NCBI RefSeq assembly: GCF_009914755.1
Contig: NC_060936.1
DNA length: 64,000 nucleotides
Strand: one strand, 5' to 3'
Source of the DNA: the human T2T-CHM13v2.0 reference genome, Homo sapiens
Shown here: positions 1 to 14,839 of the stretch, piece by piece
Layout: every line of letters starts with the position of its first letter
Position numbering within the stretch: position 1 is the stretch's first letter
Program-made: the position numbers and the translations under genes
Notes under the pieces: model-generated
Database searches by the model: none
Seen by the model: only the letters and a program-made list of their open reading frames with translations
Told to the model about the DNA's origin: nothing

Positions 1-43
1 TCAACATTATAGACGTTACGACTTTTTCTTTGTTTGAAATTGA

Positions 44-343
<300 letters not shown>

Positions 344-602
344 GTACATAGATTTCTAAATGTAAAATCTATAGAGAAACTGTGGAACACCAGAATTATA
401 AAATTGGGCATAGCTTCATTGACTACCAGTATAATGAAAAGAAGCTCCTTTCAAAGATTTAATTCTACGTTCTAAAATATGTATTGTGTTATTTAGGTTG
501 GGATTTTTTTTTAATTTTCCAAACTCTTAGCAAGTTTTTGTTTTCTGATTCAGATTCCTCTAAAAAGAACTTTTAATAAAAAGACATTTGTCTCCAAATT
601 AA

Positions 603-944
<342 letters not shown>

Positions 945-1647
945 TGATGGAAATAACACATGCTGCATGATTAATAATTATATTTTAAAATATTACAGAA
1001 TATTGTAATAAAATTATAGTGATAAATATATATACGCTTATATAGTAGATAATTAAATTTAGAATGGTTTGTCATCATTGATCCATGTTGCAAGCTAGAC
1101 TCTGAAACCATATTTATTGCAACTACAGATATTGATATTTATAGGAATATGTTTTGAGACCATAGACTTTTTTCATTTTTGTGTTTGGTTTTGTCTATTT
1201 GTAAATGGAAACATTTATTTTTAATGTGATTCTTGATTGCACTCAAAAACAAGTGCACTGGTGGAGTCAATTTATGATGGAGTATAGAGGTGAAAGAATA
1301 AAGGGAAATACATATAGAAATAGCATTCTCCCACAATCTTAATATGCAGAGGGAAAAATAGTTAATTTTAGAAATAACTGAAACTTAGCTGTTCTTGAAA
1401 AACTACCCCTCAAATGAACTCTTGAATTCCAAGGAACAATTTAAAAATTACAGACTGATTCCCTTATCCTTCACTTTTTCCCTTCCCCCAATTGTCTGAT
1501 GTCTGGCTTTCTACTCAAATTCTACTCAGTTCAGTCAAGCCCCTGCCCAGAAACCTGGTTAGCTGGTTTGTTTTCCCTCAGAACTCAGATTCTGAAATAC
1601 TCCCCTCTACTTTGCCTCATTCATAGAGTAAGTTTTTGAATATAAAT

Positions 1648-1706
1648 AAAAAACTACACACTGGGTACAGTATACACTGCTCTGGTGATGGGTGCACCAA
1701 AATCTA
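1648..1706 (+). mobile_element. Short L1 3'UTR fragment (L1PB/L1MA-like)
   Basis: GGGTACAGTATACACTGCTCTGGTGATGGGTGCACCAAAATCT resembles an L1 3'UTR segment. Confidence 0.7.
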
Positions 1707-1964
1707 ATAAAAATTCAATTTTATTTTAAAAACTTTATTTTTTAAATCATTTTAAATCTCTCACAATGTCTGTAGTTTCAGTGAATAAAGAGTTTGGAAT
1801 TAGGAGGTCATGAAATTTAACTATATAATCTTCCCAGTGATTTCTATACTGACCTCAAGTAGTTGTTTCATTTGCCCTATCTTAATTCCTACTGGTGATT
1901 TCATTAGGAATAAGGGTTTTGATAAGAATAGCTTTAAACTGGATTTCAGTAATGAGATGGTACT

Positions 1965-2195
1965 TTGTAGAAGCTAATGGTTAAGAGCACAACAGGCTGT
2001 AGAGTTGCAGACTGCCTGGGATCACTTACTAGATGGGAGACCTTGGGCAACTTACTTAAACTCTATGAGCTAATCTGTAAAATACACATAATATTAGTAC
2101 CTACTTTTCTGGATCATAAGAGGACTAATGAAATAATCTATATAAAGTGCATAGACTGGGCCCTGGTATAAGATAAACCTTCAACAAATATTCAT
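1965..2195 (+). mobile_element. MIR
   Basis: TGGTTAAGAGCAC...GACCTTGGGCAACTTACTTAA...ATCTGTAAAAT core; boundaries approximate. Confidence 0.75.
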
Positions 2196-3959
2196 TTTTA
2201 TTTAATTTACTGTTACTAATTGGCTTTTTTTCATTGATCAATGAAAATTGTTTTAAGTAACTAATGTACCTACTTTGATTTTTATAGCCTGGAAATAGTA
2301 GGAAAAAAATCACAAGTGATGTGAAATATGTGTTAATTCTATTATAGAACAGGAAAGCTGTTCCATTTCTATGAAAACTGGGAAGTACAAAGAGTTTGAC
2401 TGATGAGGGCAGAACTAATGCTGATTGGTGAAGGTAGGTCTTGGCTCAGGTTCAGAGAGAGCCATCTAATGACCACAACCTTCAAGTTCTAGACGCACCT
2501 ACTGTGTGAAAGGTGAATTCCTTTTTGCTTTCAATAAAGGAGAATCCAGAGAAAGACTGGTTGTGCTCTTGAGCAGGGTGGGACACCTAGGAAGTGTCTC
2601 TTGTCAAAGACATAATCCTTGATTTTGCAGGTCCAGAAATTCATTTTGTGAGGTAACCTAGAAAATTAAAGTCTGAAATATTAGTTCATTAGAAAGTTAC
2701 AAATGAGTGAGATGAAACTTTGTCAACTCAAAAATACATAATAGGTTTGTCAGAAAATTACAGATTGTGATCAATAGCCCAGGGCATTCCAACAAGCAGT
2801 ACATGACACCTCTCAGAATCTCAAACTGTGATTCAGAGAGATGTAGAACATTAAATGAATGTTATGCTGTATAAGTCTCCTACCTCCAGAATGTTTCTAT
2901 TTATAAAGTTTAGTAGCATTTTCCCCAAATATCAGAACCTCCTTTTTACCAGGACAGGATTTATACGCATTGATTTTTCCTTGGGGGTTGGCAACCTGTA
3001 CTTTTAATTTAATGCAGAACGCCAGATTCTTGATTAAAATATTTTATTTTAAAAAAATTGACTATAAGACTGCTGAATAACTTCTATTGTCCCTTTATTA
3101 CATTACAATCCTTAGGAATAACTCAGAAGAATATGGCTATGAATTTGAGATGTTTTATTTTGACCCAAGCTCAGACTTGTTCTTAGGCAAGATAAGGCCT
3201 GTTCTGTAAAAAGTATCCATCTCAAGTGTGCCGTTAATATTCTGAATGTCTTCCTTTTCTGGCAATTTTCATTTTTTTTATGTCCTTGCTTTCCTTCCCC
3301 TTAAAGCAAGCTACCTGTTTTCCGGGCAGTTTTACTCTCTGTTCTCTTGATTCCTCTGTTATTAAAAGAAAAATAAGTTTCACTTAAAGGTAGTTATGAT
3401 TAGGCAAGGCACTCAGAACATTTTTCACTTCTTTGTTTCACTATAGAAAATACGTTAGAACTTTTTGCTCATTGATAAAAGCTTAAAAGTACAAATCTAC
3501 TAATAGTACCTCAATCTTGTTCTTTCTCTAGTTGCTAATTTGACATTTTCCTCTGCCTGATTATGTCGGAGGATTTCTCATTTTCTATCCCTAAGCCGTG
3601 CACAGCTCATAAAAAACAGTAGTTGCCAAGTGACAGGTGTTTTTGGAAAACTTGCTTAGTTTATACGTTCAGAGAAGACATTGCCTCTAAATCAGCAGCT
3701 ACTAATGACCTTTTGTTCCAGGGAGTTGTTAGAGATCCAGATGAAGTCCTGTAATTGAAGCATAGTTTAGGCTTAGCCCAGAGTTGGTATTTTCCAAATG
3801 TACTTTGTTGAGTTTTTGTCTCTGCCCTAAGCATTTATTCTTGGAATTTTCAAGATTCACACAGTTTCAACAATAGGTTATTCATTTTCTTGCCTTCTCT
3901 TCCCATTCTCATGTTCTGCTTTAACCAAAACAACGTAAGTTATTGAATATCATGTAATG

Positions 3960-4170
3960 CTAGAGTGTCAACAGACCTGTGTTTCATTCTGTCCTCACCA
4001 TTTGCCAACTGAGAGACCTTTAGTAAGTAACAAAACTTCTGTGAGTCTGAATCTCCAAATGTAAATGGTAATAACAGTCTCACTTATCAAGCTTTTGTTC
4101 ATTATTAAATAATTTGTGAAAATGTCTAGCATGCTACTAGACAGATAGTATATGTTCAATAAATTCTCAT
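3960..4170 (+). mobile_element. MIR
   Basis: GAGACCTTTAGTAAGTAAC...CTTCTGTGAGTCT...TGTAAATGGTAATAACAGT core; approximate. Confidence 0.65.
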
Positions 4171-4334
4171 TGTTCTCCTTCAGCCTTAAGTTATCTTTTG
4201 AGTGCTTTATTTTTTATTTTTCACTCTTTTGCTTTCTTTAGTAATGATATTTCAGTTTTGACTTTGGTTCATACCTTTTCCTTTCTGTGTCTTCACTGTG
4301 CTTGCCTTGCCTTTTCTTCTTTCCTTTCTTCCAC

Positions 4335-4730
4335 AGACATATACTGAACACTCAATACTATGCTAGACACTGCGGATACAAAGGTGAATGATACTGTTTG
4401 ATGGAGTTCACGGTTTTATGGGAGCATGGATATGCACAATCAAATGTAGAATTTAAAATGAGGACAAGTGTACTGGGCATTTGCAAAGCAAAACAGGTTA
4501 GCAAAGGCCTCCTGGAGGAGGGTAATAGCTGGAGTAAACCTTCAAGGGTGGGACTAAACCAGTGCACAAGGGGGTGTGTCTTCTGTGTAAAGGGAACATG
4601 TTCCAAAAGCAAAAAGGCAAGAAACAATCTGTTAAGAAGAAACCACAAAGATTTCCTAAGAAGAGAGAATGGCATGAGTTGAGATGGAAATGATTGGGAA
4701 AGGAGAGTTAAGTCATAGAGGGTCTGGGTT
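4335..4730 (-). mobile_element. L2 fragment
   Basis: TACTATGCTAGACACTG...AAAGGCCTCCTGGAGGAGG typical of an antisense L2 3' end; approximate. Confidence 0.6.
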
Positions 4731-5545
4731 TAGATATGACACCCTCCCCTTTAAAGTTAGTCTGAGCAAACTTTCAAATTATACAGCACTCTTATTATTT
4801 CTTCTGACCTCCGCCAAACCTCTCACGTGCCCTTTACTACCTTAGCTATTTCTCCTAGTGGGACTGCGTCATATTCCTCATGTAAGTTGGAGTAGGATTA
4901 AAAGTTTATTAGATAAAAGGGAGCTCTTAAAAAAGATTTAGTCTTAAAGTGACATAGTCATATATGTACTTTAAAATCACTTCTCTAACTTATAGGATGA
5001 ATGAATTTTCACGAAAAACTTAGATTCTGTATGAAGATGGCTCCGATCTACTAAAACTTTGTTTAACTTGAGGAACTCAGAGCTATGTGAAATTTGTGAG
5101 GAATTATAATTGGAAAATAATGGTTTTAAAGGTTATTGTTAATATTAGAATGTTTAACTTTTTTTAAACAAAAAGTGAAAAAGCAAAACTTAGGAAAGAC
5201 GAAGGCTTAGGTCTACAGCAATGTAACTAAGCAATTCCAAGATTGCTTAGTACTTACTACTTAGCCTAATCTTTAATTTGATACATAATATTGTTTCTCA
5301 AAAATCTTTTGCACTGATAGTGGACTAAGTAGCAAGGATCAGTAATATATAGAATCTCATTCAGATATGTATTTTTTTACCTTCAGGAGTGGTCCACTTG
5401 GTTGGCTTTTAATGAGGCCATTTTACTCTTTGCTGTTAATGGTATTTGCTCATTTGCAGGAACAGGCTAGGTATTGTATTTATCTTTTCCCTTATAAAGA
5501 AAAAAGTGACAGTAGGCAATAAATAACTTAAAATTAGTAGGCTCT

Positions 5546-5855
<310 letters not shown>

Positions 5856-6615
5856 TTACTAGGCTCTTCTATACCATGTACAAATATTGGGATGAATTTT
5901 TTTTTTAATTAGGACTTCTGGAAAAGATTTGTGTTTCATAGTGTTTCTTCTAGAATTTTACTATTTCTTTGACAGAGAGTACAAACATTCAGTTGACCTG
6001 TTTGTCTTTTGTTCAGTAATTCAGAAAAATATATTTTTTATGGAACATATCTAAAGCAAAATAGCTTAATAGGTATATCATCTGATTTCAACTTCGGAAA
6101 ATATATAAATGTACATCTAAGCTTCTAGTGAATGGTTGAAAGAAGTATATATGGTGTGTAAGTTCTTAAGCCAATGGATTCAGCCTAGAGCAGCAGACCT
6201 GTTCCCAGCATTTTAACACTAGGTGTTTATTTACAGTGATCAAAGTGAGAATGTGTTACATCAGAAGTTAGATTAATAGTTTTCTTTAACACCTCTACTT
6301 TCACAATAAATGTGCTTTAAGTCCTGACATACAGATAGAAAAAGGCTTTAAAGTTGCTTTTTAATGTGATGATCTATACAACCTCTAACTGGAATTTGAA
6401 AGCTGGGGCCAAATACCACTGCAGCTCAGATGCTAAAGCTGTTTCTTAAAATGAAGCAGATAAAAAATAGAGAAAATCTTTTTTAAAGGCTACTTTGCTC
6501 CTTTCCTTCTCCATAACTAAATGTTGGAGCTTTCTGCTGGGGAGGGGAGAGCAAAATTGGAGGTGGAAGAGAACCATGAAGAAGGCGGTAGGGGCAGTTG
6601 TTTTTCTGTGCCTGC

Positions 6616-6623
6616 TGACGTCA
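6616..6623. promoter_or_regulatory. Full palindromic CRE (TGACGTCA), candidate
   Basis: Exact CREB/ATF consensus with its CpG retained; motif only, no functional evidence. Confidence 0.4.
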
Positions 6624-7368
6624 ACGAAATTGCCAGATGGCATTTGAATGCTTTGCAAAAAGACAGGAGCCTTTTATTACAGCTGTCACATGGGGTTTCA
6701 TTCATTTGCATTCCCAGAAGTGGTCTAAAGCTTTCCCTAATGTAGGAGTAATGAGGGCTCTGTACCTTCAGAGACCCAGAGGGCCTTTTGTAGGATGTTG
6801 TTACTTTAAGTGGCTCTGATAAGGGACACAGGCTCAGAGAATGCCATGTTTCACTGTCAGCTTCAGAGGACCATAAACTACTCAGCTTCAATTAGGACTA
6901 TAATGTGATCATTCAAAAAATATTCTCTCCAGAAGGACTTTTCATGGATCGTGACAGCTGCGGAAACACATTCAGGGGGACCTGAAGGGTCTAGCATGGC
7001 AGTGGTGGGCTACAGAACAAAAATGCAGATTCCGTGAATTGACCCCAAGACTGAAAAATAACCAGTGCACAACAGACCTGAGCATACTACAAACAGCTTT
7101 GCTCTTACCATTTTGCCCCATGCTGCCTTGTCAGCCCCTGCTCAATATGGGGGAAAAGTGGACCTTTCCGATAATCTGGGGCCCTATATGTAGGAGAAAA
7201 AGAAGTTGAAGTGCCAGGAGCTGCTCTCAGAAGCTGACCCTGGGGACACATTCTCAGGCCAGGCTGGCCTGTCCTGTCTATACCTCAACCCTTCCCACTG
7301 CCAGAAGTTTTCATGTTTTACTTATTTTTTGCCTGGAATTTGTCAAGCTTTTAATTCATGGGGTTATC

Positions 7369-7675
7369 CTTTTTGTTTGTTTGTTTGTTTTTGAGACGGG
7401 GTCTCGCTCTGTCGCCCAGGCTGGAGTGTAGTGGCGCCATTTGGGCTCCCTGCAAGCTCCGCCTCCTGAGTTTACGCCATTCTTCTGCCTCAGCCTCCCG
7501 AGTAGCTGGGAGTACAGGCGCCTGCCACCACGCCCGGATAATTTTTAAATATTTTTTAGTAGAGATGGGGTTTCACCGTGTTAGCCAGGATGGTCTTGAT
7601 CTCCTGACCTCTTGATCCACCTGCCTCGGCCTCCCAAAGTGCTGGGATTACAGGCATGAGCCACCATGCCCGGCC
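7369..7675 (-). mobile_element. AluY
   Basis: Full antisense dimer with TGCAAGCTCCGCC and CGCCATTCT Y-type features; (TTTG)n tail. Confidence 0.9.
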
Positions 7676-8038
7676 TCAAGTATGTTCTTTTTATAATGTA
7701 CTTATTTCTGGGACAGTTAATTGAATAAATTGACTTTCAGAGCAAATTGGAAATTGAAAAAAAAGTGGAAAGTATTTATACCAGAAACAATATTTTTGCC
7801 ATGGTTGCTGTAAATTATATTGTTCATGGTAAGTAAATTGACATATTAAGGGTGACCTAAGCTATGTTACCCAGCTTGTTTTCTTCCTAACCTTCATCTG
7901 AAATCAATGACCTGATAACTAACAGAAGTAGAAGGTTTGCTGGCAATAGGTCTGTGCATTATGCTGAGATAAAAAGCAGCAAGTATACCAAGAGCTTTGG
8001 AGTCTGGAGACCAGGGAGACTTAAAAATTAGTTCACAT

Positions 8039-8359
<321 letters not shown>

Positions 8360-8945
8360 TTAGTTCATATGAAACATTACCTAGTTTCAATCTTATGCCT
8401 ACACTCACGGTCATAATAGGTTACCTACAGTGCAACAGATCTAGTGAAAAATCTTATGCCACCTTGTGAGTTGGCAACGTATTACATGGATGTGAAGGCC
8501 ACTGGCTTGAGTGATGGACAAACCTAGAATAGTTTTCCAAGTGCTCTATTACGCAGCATATAAAACAAAGGTACTCTTACTATCCCGTGCTCCAAATGCA
8601 TAATGCATAAGCTCAGCCATGGAATATTTTCCAAATGTAAATAGTGGAACTGCTGCTGAGTGTATTCATTTCATTCTGATTTCTCTTTCTGATTCGGCTT
8701 CAGGGTTTGGGGAGATTTAGGAGATGATGGTGAAGATTATAAAATTTCAAGAAGCACCTTCCAACTTCCTCTGACCCCTTTTCTTCTCTCAACTGCAGGG
8801 GAAAGGGGCACAATCAGTATCTCGTATGTATGAGCAAGTTCCAGACCTGAGTGAGAGGTGGCATGTGGTCAGTTTCAAGGAACGAGAGACCAACATCCAA
8901 GAATAGTCTGGAGGAGAAAGGACATATCAAGAAACACAACTCAAG

Positions 8946-9120
8946 CTGGGTGTAGTGGCTCACGCTTCTAATCGCAGCACTTTGAGAGGCTAAGTTGGGA
9001 GGATCACTTGAGCCCAGGAGTTTGAGACCAGCCTAGGCAATATAAAGAGCCCTCATCTTAACCAGAAGAAAGGAAAGAGGAAAGGAAAGGAGAGGAAAAG
9101 GAAAAGGAAAGAAAGAAAAC
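8946..9120 (+). mobile_element. Alu left monomer (FLAM-like) with GA-rich tail
   Basis: Single monomer GGATCACTTGAGCCCAGGAGTTTGAGACCAGCC followed by a (GGAAA)n-like tract. Confidence 0.8.
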
Positions 9121-11374
9121 AATCTAAATGGTCAGAGTGATGGGAATTTTAAAAGGCAGCAGGCACACATTTAAATTATACATTCCCACCCTAGACAGTA
9201 CAAAGATATGCAGATAGAATGGAAATTAGAAATGAATTCATGAATAAATGTTTCACCTCGGGTATACTTGGGCCTAAATCCCAAGAGCATGTAGGTTATG
9301 GTGGGTCTGTGATGTGTGTTTCATGTTTCTCCAAGAATAAACCTTAGGAAAGCTGTAATGATAATAGCATTGTCCCACTTTGCACGTCCTAGCTCCCTGT
9401 CCACTTCGAAAGTGCAGAGCACTTGTACCAGGCATAAGTATTGCCATTGTTGATAGTATAATGGTTGTTATTATCATCACTACTCTGATATGTTAAGGTT
9501 TGCCTGAATATGAATTAAAACAATGTGTTTCTGAATGTAACTGCAGGTGATAGTCCTTTCTGGCATATTATGCCTTTCCCCCTAAAGTCCTAAAACAGTA
9601 AACCTAGGTCTCTTTTGTGTCTCAGCTACAGAAAAATAATGTTTTGTTAATTCATCTCCTTTAGCCACAAAATAAGTTTTTGATTGTACAGTAATATACT
9701 ATATTTCATATGTTGGGCAGTGCTACAGTTCAAGGACAGTATACAGCCAATGTACATACTTAACTCTGTTTTGAATGACATGAAATGACAAAGAAGTGAA
9801 TAATCAATTGTCAGGCTACCTTAGGGTCAAACTGTCATCTGATCTGACTTTAATAATACTATTTTTCAATTAGAAGAAATTAGCATAAAATATTTTAGGA
9901 CCTAGCATCTCAATGCTCATGGCTTGTTCCAGAATACAATTACATTTTACAAGAAAGTAGCCACGGGAGTGGCTTCATGATAACACACAGATACAACCTT
10001 CTAATGCCGAAGGCAAATTGCCAAAATATGTGCATTGTTAGGGATCAGAGGAAGAAAGAATGATACACTGTTCTGTTCTCTCATTTTGAGCCCCGTAAGT
10101 CCAGTCTAGGGGCTGGTAGAGAGGTGTTATTCTTTTTTCTCAGACTCAAAAACTGTAAGCCTACCCAGAGAATTCAGGTTTCACAGAACTTAGGCATTTT
10201 AACTTATCTCATGAGAGGCTGATTAATAAACCAGAATGTCAGTGTACTCATTTTTCTTGAGAACTGTCATAGCCAAACAGATTGTAATAATCGTGGTGGC
10301 TGTCCAGTATTTTGTTTTCAAAGTAAGAAAGTCTACCTGGGCAAACACATCAGTGAATAAGTAAATGTATTTATAATTTGGCAAACATTTTTATGCACTT
10401 CATTATGATAAGCACTGGTGATATAATAAAGGGTTAAGTAAAATACATGGTCTAACTTTAAAGAAAGATCTGCAAACAAATAATTCAAGGGCAACGATTA
10501 ACATATAATTTTCAATATGGCACAGATAGCAGTATGTCTTCCAAGCAGAAAGACAATAATTCATAGTCTTAGGTAGGTTACATTACTGAAAGCTGATAAA
10601 TTGCATCTGTTTAAAGATGTTAGTTTGGATTTAAGGGGAATTTTTTTTAACCCTTCAAACCTAAGGAAGAAAGAATATTGTGTCTTAAAAGCATATGGAA
10701 TGCCAGTGTACTAATTACAGTGGAAAGGTCAAAAGGTTGTATTTGTTTTGAGGGAACAGAGAGATTGACTCTAGATTTTCAGAATTACCTTTCTTTAAAG
10801 GTATAAATTGTCATCCTGCAGTAAATAAAAGGAATTCGAACACCATATCCAATCATTATGTTTTTAAAAACTATAATATCAAACGACTATGCTAGCAATA
10901 AGTCAAAATTTGTTCACTCTATTTTTTTCCTTCAGTGTTCTAGTGTTTTCCAATGATGTATGTGTGCTGTTATTATAACGAAAGCCACTTTCTGTGAAGT
11001 GTCCACCTATGCTTGAGTACTAATCATAGAAAGGAGCTCTGAAAATAAGCAGCGGGCCTGTAGTCAGGGACTGCTGAAAATGAGGGAGAGCATCAGGGAA
11101 ATTAGTGCACTGTGCCTCTTCTTTCTTCAGTACTCCTTTATGTTCATTGCTCATGGGGATCTGTGTTTGCCTGTTAATTGAGTGTGTTTATTGCAGGCAG
11201 TTGCCTTAAGTGACATGATACTCAGTAGGAGGTTGTGAGGACTAGAAGGAGGTCTTGTTTGAATACAAGGGGTGGGGGAGTCACACTTTTCAGACCGATT
11301 AGAATAATGAGATTCTCTAAACAGTTGAGAACCATTTGTAAGAATAGCACGTTGTGTTAGAAGGCAATTAGAGC

Positions 11375-12600
11375 TCATTCTTTTAATAATTAGGTTTTTT
11401 GAGTTCTTACAGTATGCTGAGTACTAAGATTATAAAAATGAACAAAAATTGTTCTCAAATGCATAATCTGGCAAGGAATTTAGTCATAATTAGCAATACA
11501 ACAATATCATAATAGATGTTGAACAAAGTACTATGGAGACTTCGAGGCTGAAGCGATTAATTTGGTGTCAGTTTGAGAATGAAGCTGGAATGTTTTTATA
11601 TATTAAAGTTGAATCTTGATAATCAATACTAAATAAAAGAAATGAAGTGGTAGGCAGAAGTAACACCATAAACCAAAGCATAGGGTTGTGGCATCATATC
11701 TGTAAAGAGAATCCAGGTTAGCTGGAGGGATGAGGCATTAGTAGAGCACGTGGAGATGTAACTGGAAAAGGGCGGCGGGTTAAAGGTTAAATGTTAACAC
11801 ACTTAAAGACAACCAAGAAGTTGAATGTTGTTCCCTAACTTCGCGGAGCCCTGAAGTGGCAGAGCAGCATAATAATATCTCTGCATTGGGAAAAGCCAAG
11901 TTTGTGGCAGGAAGAAACTAGAAGAAAAAAATATTGTAGCCATCCTCGTGTGATATAATGAGAGATGGATTAAAGCAGGGATGAGAGGCTTTTTAAGGAA
12001 AAAAAAAAAATGTCAGTCTTGCATGTAAATTTCCAGATCCACTGACCAATTTGATGTTGAAGGTAAGAAAGCAAAGAATAAATACAAATAAAACCTAAGA
12101 GTCAACGTGTCCAGTTTTGGTTAGTGATTTTGGTTTTAGCCAAGTAGGAAATACATGAGGAAAAGATTTCCAAAGATAAAATATTTTCTTTTGGAAAGTT
12201 GAGTGTGAAATTGCTTTGGAATATCTGAGTGGAGCTGTCCAGAAGCTCGAAGGAGTGGTCAGTGTTGGAACAACAGATTAGCGGGTACTGTATTCATTAT
12301 AACATAGGGTGAGGGCTGGGAGGGAAGGGCACAGATTAATGTGGATAAAAATAATAAAAAGGAAAGCAGACAGTGAGTTTGTTCTCAGGCTGGAAAAAAG
12401 CTAGGCCAGAAGAAGAGGAGATGGCTGTGCCTGAGGTGCTAGGCTTCAGTAATGTCTGGTGGTGAAGCAAGAAAAAGCCAGGAATGTTGTCATTAGATAT
12501 TTTGATTAAGATATTTATTAATATTGATAGAGAATTAGTGAGAGCAGAACTCTCTTTAAGGGCTTTCAAAATGTTAATAGATTATAATTTTTTAAAAAAT
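11375..12600 (-). mobile_element. Degenerate L2
   Basis: Antisense L2 3'-end-like start, purine-rich body (GAAAGTTGAGTGTGAAAT...ATATCTGAGTGGAGCTGTCCAG); approximate. Confidence 0.55.
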
Positions 12601-13247
12601 GGTTAGCTCCTTAGAGATGGGGTCAAAGACCCTAATTTTGTTAGTAGAGGAAATGCTAACAATGTTTTTAAGTTGCGAGGAAAAAGCGAGGAGGAAAAAG
12701 AGAATGAATAAGAAATGCACTAATTAAAACAAATATGCTGTCTATTAGAAGGATGAAATTAAAAGTACAGTGGTAGGAGACTGGTATTAACCAAAAGAAA
12801 AAATATTATTTGCTCATTGAAACAATAGGGAGGAAGTCAAGAATTAAGAAGTCCTTTCTATATTTAGAAATTCATATGAAGCCGAATTAAAGTCCTCAAT
12901 AAAGATTGGATAGCTTATTTTTGTATATTTTCTGCCAAGAAGAACTGGAGAAAAGAGAATTCATTTAAACTAATTAGGGGCTTTTTTTTTTTTTGCTGAG
13001 CCTGGTACCTGAGCAAAATGCTGTGGGGTTAGAAAATGAGTATGAAATGACGCTCATCTTTAAGAAGCTTACAGAATCCAAACATGTCTGAAGTGCCTTT
13101 CTATAAGAATATTAAATGAGTAGCATTTTGATTATTAATTTGCCTCTAGGATTCAGATATGGATAGTATGTTGGGGGCTCGCTTGCAGAAATGAGTCACT
13201 TGGCTAAGAGAACTAGCTGGTGCTCATCACTCAGCCCTCAGTAGGTT

Positions 13248-13402
13248 ACCGTGTTTGGCTGAACCTAAGGTAATCATATTTTTTTATTGCCTTATAGCAT
13301 TCTGAATATAATAAGATTATAACTAAAACTGTTCTCCTAAACTGAAGTTATTAACCCAGACTTGTAGATCGATACATTATAAAATTTTATTATTACCACC
13401 TA
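13248..13402 (+). repeat. Direct repeat, copy 1 (~155 bp)
   Basis: Aligns by eye with 14840-14996, e.g. CATTCTGAATATAATAAGATTA and ATTAACCCAGACTTGTAGA are identical. Confidence 0.9.
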
Positions 13403-13457
13403 TTTATCTATACAGTTGGTATATTATATATATACAGTTGGTAAAAAAAAATTATGC

Positions 13458-13875
13458 TGTATTAGAATATTTTCAACTGTAAATAAAAGAAAACTTTACT
13501 TCAACTAGTTGTAGCAATAAAGAGATGTTATTATTTCTCATGAATAGAAGGCCAAAGGAGGGAAGCCTTCAGGATTAGTGCATTTAGTGAATTCAGCAAT
13601 GTTATAACGCACCTAGGTTTTTTATTCTCTCTACTCTGCTACTGTCTATAGTATTGGTCTCATCCTAATGCCGATTCTACTTGTGATCCAAAAATGGCTG
13701 CTGGCAGCAACAAACTTTCTTCTGAAGAAAAAGGATTTCCTTTTCTAGAAGCATGAAGCTAAGTTCCCCTCATATCTCATTGACTCACATTGACTTGGCC
13801 TACCCATTCTTGATCAAATCCCTGGCTTTGGAGTTGAAATTATCATGATTGGCACAGAGAGTCAATCATGATAGC
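13458..13875. mobile_element. MaLR solo LTR (MLT1-like)
   Basis: CAACTGTAAATAAAAGAAAAC, AAAATGGCTGCTGGCAGC and CATATCTCATTGAC resemble old MLT1 LTR segments; subfamily uncertain. Confidence 0.6.
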
Positions 13876-14839
13876 CACTGCATATGCTTTGAAGACAGTT
13901 TAGAATTAGACATTTCCAAATGTCTTTGGACCTATTTGTCTTAATATCAGAATGTTATCATAGTCCATAGGAAATTTAATGAGGCTGTCAATTGGTCCAG
14001 CAGCCACAAGACATGCTTGATGGATATTCAAGAAGCTCTTATAATCTTTTGAGCCAGAGTAGAATGTAGCTGATGATAGAGATAATATAGCAAGTTTAAA
14101 GTATTTGTTTGAAGTATTGAAACTAGTAGGGAGACATTTTGAAGCTCTTTTTAGTTAGACCTTATTCTGTCTTAATTATATATTCTTCAGTTTGCCAGCA
14201 GGGCCAGCACTTGAAAGGGGCCATTGCATCTGCTCTGTGTCCATTTTTAAGATAAAGCTTTGCTTATTTGTTTTTATGGCATATTTCAATTAAAGCATTG
14301 CCACCCTACTTTAGTCCTTATCTCCCTATTTTAAGATGAAATGAAATTAAAATTGACTGAAATGATGGTTAAAGACAAATTTAATATCAATGTTTTTCCT
14401 ACATCCTCCTCCTTATTTTCAGAAAAAAACATATTTTTAATCAGTGCTTGTATTAATCTTATGATTATAATTTTAAAAGATTATTTTTGAATTCATTTTG
14501 TCCTTTTTTGCATAGATCTTTGTCTTAAAGAACATGTGCTGAATTTCTGTAGAAATTGACTCTTCATATTCCATAAATCTGTTGGTATTACCATACAAAC
14601 ACTCTGTGGAAGCATTGACTGAACTAGCAATTATGTCTACAAGAAGAAAACAAATCTATGACAGAAATCCTGAGTGACTCACTATTATGACCAAATGACT
14701 TATTTACTTACTTAATTTCCTCCTTTATTCAGCAACACATTGTTGCTAAATGTGGAGTGGGGTATCATTTTGAAATACTTCCCATACAAAACCTTGATGA
14801 TCCTGCCTGACATCTGCCCACTAAATGTCTTGGTGAGCC

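Noticed and set aside
13841-13873. 11-bp hairpin TATCATGATTG...CAATCATGATA
   Set aside because: Lies at the end of the MLT1-like LTR and is probably inherited from it
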